The notes under the pieces are model-generated. The model searched no databases. It worked only from the letters and a program-made list of their open reading frames with translations, and had not been told where the DNA came from. A stretch of DNA of 64,000 nucleotides, from contig CBDHCS010000003.1 of assembly GCA_965261125.1 (NCBI GenBank), positions 460,801 to 524,800 on the forward strand, read 5' to 3'. Source of the stretch: Candidatus Poribacteria bacterium (GTDB taxonomy: Bacteria > Poribacteria > WGA-4E > WGA-3G). Below are positions 59,178 to 64,000 of this stretch, piece after piece. Position 1 is the first letter of the stretch, and each line of letters begins with the position of its first letter. Both the position numbers and the translations under genes were made by a program.

Positions 59178-60638
59178 GTGACACAGAGAATAATGGGAAT
59201 AGAAACTGAATTTGGTTGCATGATTCAGTCTCAAGCGATGCAGACACAACGGATCAAAGTATCACCTGAAGGTGTTGCCGCGCGCGTTAGAGACTATGTC
59301 TTCAAAACCCTTGAACTCGGTATTCCCGATCTTCACTATCGTGATTGGGGTGAACCCCCTGGCAACGGTGGTTTCCTCTTCAACGGTGGTAGACTCTATA
59401 TTGACATGGGACACCTTGAATATGCTACGCCGGAATGTGCTAATCTCTTTGACCTCATCGCTTATGATAAAGCCATTGAACACGTCATCACAGCAATTTT
59501 ACATGACACCGGTCTTGCAGCACACGTTGCCTTCTACAAAAACAATATAGACCATTTCACAGGGGCAACTTTCGGATGCCATGAGAACTTTCAGGCACGC
59601 CGCGATATCCCGTTCTACAAAATTATTATCCCAACCTTGCTCCCTTTCTTTGTGACACGACAGATATATGCTGGTGCGGGGAGAGTCGGAGGGTATGATG
59701 ACATCCTCGAATTTGGAGATGGGCAATACAGTGTTGATGATTTTCTCGGATATCAAATCTCCCAACGGGCTGACCACATCGTCACTGAAATCTATGAATG
59801 GATTCAGTTTAGCCGAGCAATTATCAATACTCGCGACGAACCGCTTAGTGATTATACGAAATACCGCAGACTCCATCTCCTCGTCGGAGACTCTAACATG
59901 TCCGAGTATGCGACTGCACTCAAGGTCGGAACAACTGCACTTATCCTTGATGCTATTGAGCAGCACTATGAAATTCATGGCGTAAAACTTCCGATGCCGA
60001 ATCTTGAGCTCGCAGATCCTATCGCTGCTATCAGACATATCTCAAGAGACACTTCTCTTAAATGGGAGGTTGATTTGCAGAACGGTAGCACTATTTCTGC
60101 CATTGATATTCAACGCGAATACCTCAACTTTGTACGGAACGTGTTAACGGAACTTGATGAAACTGCTGAGTGGGTTCTCACAGAATGGGAAACTGTGCTC
60201 AATGACCTTGAAGCAGATTGGACACGCCTTACAACAAGGCTTGATTGGACAGCAAAAAAGTGGTTTCTCGATGCCTTAATCGCCGAAGAGGCGTTGACTT
60301 GGGATGATCCATGGCTAAAAAGTCTTGATTTAGAGTATCACAATATTGACCCTGAAAGCGGTATCTTCTACGCGTTGCAAAGCGAAGGGTGTATGAGACG
60401 GGTCATTACAGACCAACAAATTAGCTACGCTATTAGCAATGCACCTATTGATACGCGTGCAAGGGTTCGCGGATACCTCATGCGAAATCTAAAAAAACAG
60501 AAAATGCCGTGTATTGTTGACTGGCACCACGTTTATGCGGGCCAAACCGAATGTTTTGAGATGAAAGAACCTCTTGACACAAGTATACCTAAAGCACAAA
60601 AATGGCTCCAAATCCTTAAACTTCGGCAGAGAATGTAG
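59178..60638 (+). CDS. pafA: Pup--protein ligase PafA
   Basis: The GTG start gives MTQRIMGIETEFG, a good match to the PafA N-terminus. The protein is 486 aa and lies downstream of prcBA. Confidence 0.8.
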   Translation: MTQRIMGIETEFGCMIQSQAMQTQRIKVSPEGVAARVRDYVFKTLELGIPDLHYRDWGEPPGNGGFLFNGGRLYIDMGHLEYATPECANLFDLIAYDKAIEHVITAILHDTGLAAHVAFYKNNIDHFTGATFGCHENFQARRDIPFYKIIIPTLLPFFVTRQIYAGAGRVGGYDDILEFGDGQYSVDDFLGYQISQRADHIVTEIYEWIQFSRAIINTRDEPLSDYTKYRRLHLLVGDSNMSEYATALKVGTTALILDAIEQHYEIHGVKLPMPNLELADPIAAIRHISRDTSLKWEVDLQNGSTISAIDIQREYLNFVRNVLTELDETAEWVLTEWETVLNDLEADWTRLTTRLDWTAKKWFLDALIAEEALTWDDPWLKSLDLEYHNIDPESGIFYALQSEGCMRRVITDQQISYAISNAPIDTRARVRGYLMRNLKKQKMPCIVDWHHVYAGQTECFEMKEPLDTSIPKAQKWLQILKLRQRM

Positions 60639-60676
60639 ACAATCTTGACAACGAAATGATGAGGTTATAGATTTCA

Positions 60677-61609
60677 ATGAAGCAGATAAAAATTCCCGGA
60701 GTCGACCAAGAAATTTCACAACTGATTCTGGGAACTATGATGTATTCACCTGTAAGTTTCGACCACAGCACCGAGATGCTGGACACATTCTTTGAAGCAG
60801 GTGGAAATGCTTTGGACACTGCGCACATCTATGGAGGCGGCAATAGTGAAAAGTTAATTGGACTTTGGATGAAGGAACGTGGCAATCGGGAAAAGGTGTT
60901 TCTGATAGACAAAGGAGGGCACCCACAAGGTGGTGTGCCACGCCGTGTTTCCCCAGAGTACGTTAAACAGGACCTTGACGAAAACCTTGTCCGCCTCCAA
61001 ACCGATTATATTGACCTTTATATGCTTCACAGAGACGATGCAGAAATTCCGGTCAGCACAATAATTGATTATTTGAATGAAGAGATAACTGTAGGACGTA
61101 TCCGAGCCATTGCCGCTTCTAATTGGGAACCTCAACGCATTATTGAGGCAAATACTTATGCTGAAGAAAACGGGTTAAGCGGTTTCGTCGCTTGTAGCAA
61201 TAACATTAGCCTTGCAGTACCAATGGAACCGATGTGGGGTGGTTGTGTTTGTGTTGACGATGATGCACGCCGTTGGCATGTAGACAGCCAATTCCCGTTA
61301 ATGCCGTGGTCATCTCAAGCACGCGGCTTCTTCAGTGGTGCTTTTACCCCAGAAAACCGAGACAGTGGAGATATGGTACGTGTCTATTACAACGGTGATA
61401 ACTTTGAAAGACTTGCACGTGCCAAACAATTAGGGGAAAAATACGGTTTTTCCGCAATTCAGGTCTCGCTTGCATACTGTGTCAACCTTTCCTTCCCAAT
61501 TTTTCCGATTGTTGGTCCGGCTAACTTAGAAGAGATGGAATCTTCCTTGGGCGCATTGAAACTTCAACTCTCTGAAGAAGAAATTGCCTGGCTAAACCTC
61601 GAAACATAA
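60677..61609 (+). CDS. aldo/keto reductase family oxidoreductase
   Basis: 310 aa with the AKR fold signature (GTMMY, D...Y...K catalytic layout, IDLYMLHRDD). Confidence 0.8.
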   Translation: MKQIKIPGVDQEISQLILGTMMYSPVSFDHSTEMLDTFFEAGGNALDTAHIYGGGNSEKLIGLWMKERGNREKVFLIDKGGHPQGGVPRRVSPEYVKQDLDENLVRLQTDYIDLYMLHRDDAEIPVSTIIDYLNEEITVGRIRAIAASNWEPQRIIEANTYAEENGLSGFVACSNNISLAVPMEPMWGGCVCVDDDARRWHVDSQFPLMPWSSQARGFFSGAFTPENRDSGDMVRVYYNGDNFERLARAKQLGEKYGFSAIQVSLAYCVNLSFPIFPIVGPANLEEMESSLGALKLQLSEEEIAWLNLET

Positions 61610-61810
61610 TAAAAATAGACATACATCCAGCGAATGCCGTCCAAGTAATCGCTGTTGATTTTGTGTGCTGCTAAATAGGAAATTATAATGAAAACTCAAA
61701 TTCTGAAAACAATATTTACCTTTCAACTTCTTTTACTTTTCTATAGTATCAGCGCTTTTGCGCAAGAGAGCTGAGGCGCGTGAAGCAATCCCGCAATCCC
61801 ACGTAGCGGG

Positions 61811-62791
61811 ATGGGTGAAGTCAGTTTGACTGCAGATAACAAAAAATTTCAAGTTTCTTTCAGCACGATGCGATGGTTTGACGCGCAAGGTGGGCACTTT
61901 GAAGATGAAGGAGTTTTCATTGATCCAAGCGGAAGCCGAAAAATAGACACAGTTCCACAACACCGACATCAGGTTACTTTAAACGTATATCGCATTGATG
62001 TTGGGTTAAAATATCAACTCGGACCTCAATGGTCGTTGGAAGCCAATCTCCCTTATGAATCCAAAGTTCAAGAAGCCAGTATTGAGAAACTTGACGGCGT
62101 TAAGTATACTGAAGACGAGTGGAAGGCGATTGTAGAAAATGGACGTATTCATCATCGTGATGACACCTACACCGGTTTAACAGATTCAGAAGTTTTTCTT
62201 GGACATTATAGATTGGGTGTCTTCATAGAAGGTGATTTTTTAATGGGACGCATCGGAACGTCTATCCCATTTGGTAAAACAGAAGAAGACCCATGGAAAC
62301 TTGGAGCTGCTGGTCTTGAGCATCTACACCTCCAATTTGGAACTGGGACGTTTAACCCTATAGTTAATCTGCATTATAATCTGCCTATATACAAAGGGTT
62401 TGCAACGCATACCAGTCTCCGCACAAAATTACCTTTCTACGAGAACAGCAAGACCTATCGTGGCTCCAGAGAATTTACGTACACTGCGGGGTTAAACTAT
62501 CGTTTGAATAAATGGTTTTCTTTCCAAGCAGGCTACCTTGGAATTTATCAATCTTATGCGTATTGGGACGGGGAAATAGACAAAAACACAGGACTCCTTT
62601 TTGGCATGGCATCACTCAGTACATCTATTACAACGCCATTTAATGTCCCGTTATCTGTTACGCTTATGCTACCATTGCATCAAAAAACACTTTATGATGA
62701 CAGCGAGACTTTGGCTGATAGCGAATATGAAGAAATCGATGCGTTTAAATTTGGTCCGCTTGTCTCCTTAACGGTTTTATATTCATTTTAG
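61811..62791 (+). CDS. putative outer-membrane beta-barrel protein; upstream in-frame signal peptide (61688-61771) interrupted by two TGA codons
   Basis: 326 aa of alternating amphipathic segments ending in C-terminal LTVLYSF. The upstream ORF MKTQILKTIFTFQLLLLFYSISAFAQES* is in the same frame. Confidence 0.5.
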   Translation: MGEVSLTADNKKFQVSFSTMRWFDAQGGHFEDEGVFIDPSGSRKIDTVPQHRHQVTLNVYRIDVGLKYQLGPQWSLEANLPYESKVQEASIEKLDGVKYTEDEWKAIVENGRIHHRDDTYTGLTDSEVFLGHYRLGVFIEGDFLMGRIGTSIPFGKTEEDPWKLGAAGLEHLHLQFGTGTFNPIVNLHYNLPIYKGFATHTSLRTKLPFYENSKTYRGSREFTYTAGLNYRLNKWFSFQAGYLGIYQSYAYWDGEIDKNTGLLFGMASLSTSITTPFNVPLSVTLMLPLHQKTLYDDSETLADSEYEEIDAFKFGPLVSLTVLYSF

Positions 62792-62871
62792 GCGTTTCAC
62801 GAGTCATATAGTCCAAAGGACAATTAGTGGGACACTTCTGTAACGCACCCTGTTAGGTTGCGGACTAATAT

Positions 62872-63068
62872 GCACAACCTATATGAAGATTAATTTATTA
62901 ATTCGGTAATTTTCTATCCGTCCGAGGCAAGTGTACTCCCCCGCTGGCGAGGCGGGGAATGCCTAAAGACGAATGCGCCTATGGCATTCGCGATGATTCA
63001 TACCGTTGATTTCTTCCTAACCTCGCCAAATTACCGAAATATTTTCTTAATCTTCATACAGGTTGTGG
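62872..63068. repeat. MITE-like element, copy 2, carrying a nested ~61-bp palindromic insertion (~62953-63013) inside its central hairpin
   Basis: Same terminal inverted repeats as copy 1. The central GCTGGCGAGG | TTCCTAACCTCGCC is split by CGGGGAATGCC...GAATGCGCCTATGGCATTCGC...GATTTC. Confidence 0.7.
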
Positions 63069-63166
63069 GACATAAGAGCGATACATTATCAGAAATGGTA
63101 TTATATTTATTTTAGGTTGTTCACAGTGATAATCAACGAAAGCACAAGAGGGTTTATAAAAAATAA

Positions 63167-63601
63167 ATGATAGCACACAGCAGAGGAGTCCAAATCTTTC
63201 AGGGCATAATTAGCATTATCTTAGGCGTTATTAGCATCTTATTGGTTATTGTGTTGCGACAATCCGCATATCCAACCATGACGCTCATCGCCTTTTTTAT
63301 AATTGGCTTGACTCTCATTTTTTCTGGTGATTACCTCATTAACCCTTTTGGTATGCCTGTAGATCCCTTCAAACAACAACTTCTCAGTGAGATGTGTCTT
63401 ATCGCTTACGGTGCGTTTTATGTTAATATTGGCGTATCTCAGTTGTTACAACCACTCTCAAAGTTCAACATTACACACTACTTAGACCCCGTGTGGATAC
63501 GGCGAGGTATAAGCACTATCGGTATACTTTTAATTATTGGTGGAATTTACGGAATTTATCAATTGCGGCACACGGAACTACCCGAACCTCCATCAGAATA
63601 G
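63167..63601 (+). CDS. small integral membrane protein (about 4 TM)
   Basis: 144 aa made almost entirely of hydrophobic helices. Confidence 0.5.
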   Translation: MIAHSRGVQIFQGIISIILGVISILLVIVLRQSAYPTMTLIAFFIIGLTLIFSGDYLINPFGMPVDPFKQQLLSEMCLIAYGAFYVNIGVSQLLQPLSKFNITHYLDPVWIRRGISTIGILLIIGGIYGIYQLRHTELPEPPSE

Positions 63602-63662
63602 CAAATGTTTTGTTGTGGCACATGACGTTTCGTTTAAGCACTGACCAAGAAAAACATGAGAT

Positions 63663-63968
63663 TCAGCGCGCGATGATTACTGCGTAGCGCAATGGTGCCT
63701 CCCCTACGTTTCGTATACCGTGTAACACTTGGCAATCAACATGCACGGCTTCATTGTCACGAACGCGGTGTTTGCGTTCTCCAAATAAGACTTCGCCCTC
63801 CCCAGAAAAAACATAAAAAATCTCTTGCCCATCATGTGTATGTGGCGGATGTGCGCGTTGCCCCGGTTCAACTTCGGAGATGTGTAGATGAAGTTGTTCT
63901 TGGTCTGCTCCAATTTCAAATATGAATCGATCTATACCTTTGATGTCCGTTCTTACTGTTTCTGCCAT
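63663..63968 (-). CDS. cupin-domain protein
   Basis: 101 aa with an HPPHTHDGQEIFYVFSGEG ... H cupin motif. Confidence 0.65.
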   Translation of the reverse strand: MAETVRTDIKGIDRFIFEIGADQEQLHLHISEVEPGQRAHPPHTHDGQEIFYVFSGEGEVLFGERKHRVRDNEAVHVDCQVLHGIRNVGEAPLRYAVIIAR

Positions 63969-64000
63969 TGCGAAACCTCCTTTCTTTGCACTATTCTATC

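Noticed and set aside
1-64000. Transposase, integrase, tRNA or rRNA genes
   Set aside because: No ORF shows DDE, serine or tyrosine recombinase motifs. No cloverleaf-like or rRNA-like conserved blocks were recognised by eye. The MITE-like repeats are therefore non-autonomous within this window.

Overview
The window is 64 kb of gene-dense bacterial sequence, roughly mid-40s % GC by eye, with most genes on the minus strand. Short 4-15 bp gaps and overlaps between adjacent genes suggest operons. The source taxon is not identifiable from sequence alone. Three features together resemble PVC-group or Poribacteria-like genomes: many WD40 beta-propeller genes, ECF-sigma/WD40 fusions and xylose-isomerase-like TIM barrels. 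A sulfatase is also present.

Content from start to end:
- 1-5.2 kb: a sugar-interconversion cluster (3 sugar-phosphate isomerase/epimerase TIM-barrel paralogs, an L-rhamnose-isomerase-like enzyme, RpiA).
- 5.2-7.3 kb: a secreted protein, an OmpA-like coiled-coil membrane protein and an RNHCP zinc-ribbon protein.
- 7.3-15.3 kb: a long co-directional string on the minus strand: TIM barrel, Kbl/BioF-like, cupin, M20 peptidase, then two tandem WD40 paralogs.
- 15.5-26.2 kb: two modules, each an ECF sigma-70 factor fused to a WD40 propeller followed downstream by a standalone WD40 paralog. One paralog is disrupted by a 43-nt insertion.
- 26.5-29.9 kb: sulfatase and a class I aminotransferase.
- 29.9-32.1 kb: a membrane protein combining an XseA-like OB-fold, a Zn ribbon, a PD-(D/E)XK nuclease and a ComEA domain, plus a small DUF4351-like ORF.
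- 32.2-47.4 kb: Hanks-type Ser/Thr kinase, HpcH-family and RraA-family aldolase-like genes, an AAA-type ATPase, MFS transporters, a LamG protein, a PD40 propeller, an enolase-superfamily enzyme, a PhyH-like dioxygenase and a FadL/PorV-like outer-membrane protein.
- 47.4-51.3 kb: a four-gene candidate defence or abortive-infection locus that I have not seen described. It comprises a UvrD-like helicase with a GIY-YIG nuclease inserted, an XhlA-like small membrane protein, an IF2-N x2 + HEPN protein and a tandem-S1 protein.
- 51.5-53.2 kb: a second FadL/PorV-like outer-membrane protein and a glutamine amidotransferase.
- 53.7-60.6 kb: a complete Pup-proteasome locus in the actinobacterial order arc-dop-pup-prcB-prcA-pafA. 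arc is split by a +1 frameshift in a C7 tract.
- 60.7-64 kb: an aldo/keto reductase and a beta-barrel-like ORF whose signal peptide is cut off by two in-frame TGA codons.

Intergenic regions carry several families of hairpin and MITE-like repeats, including a nested insertion, a 5-copy 30-bp repeat array that is not a CRISPR, and a duplicated ~110-bp non-coding element. No rRNA, tRNA, transposase or CRISPR was recognised.
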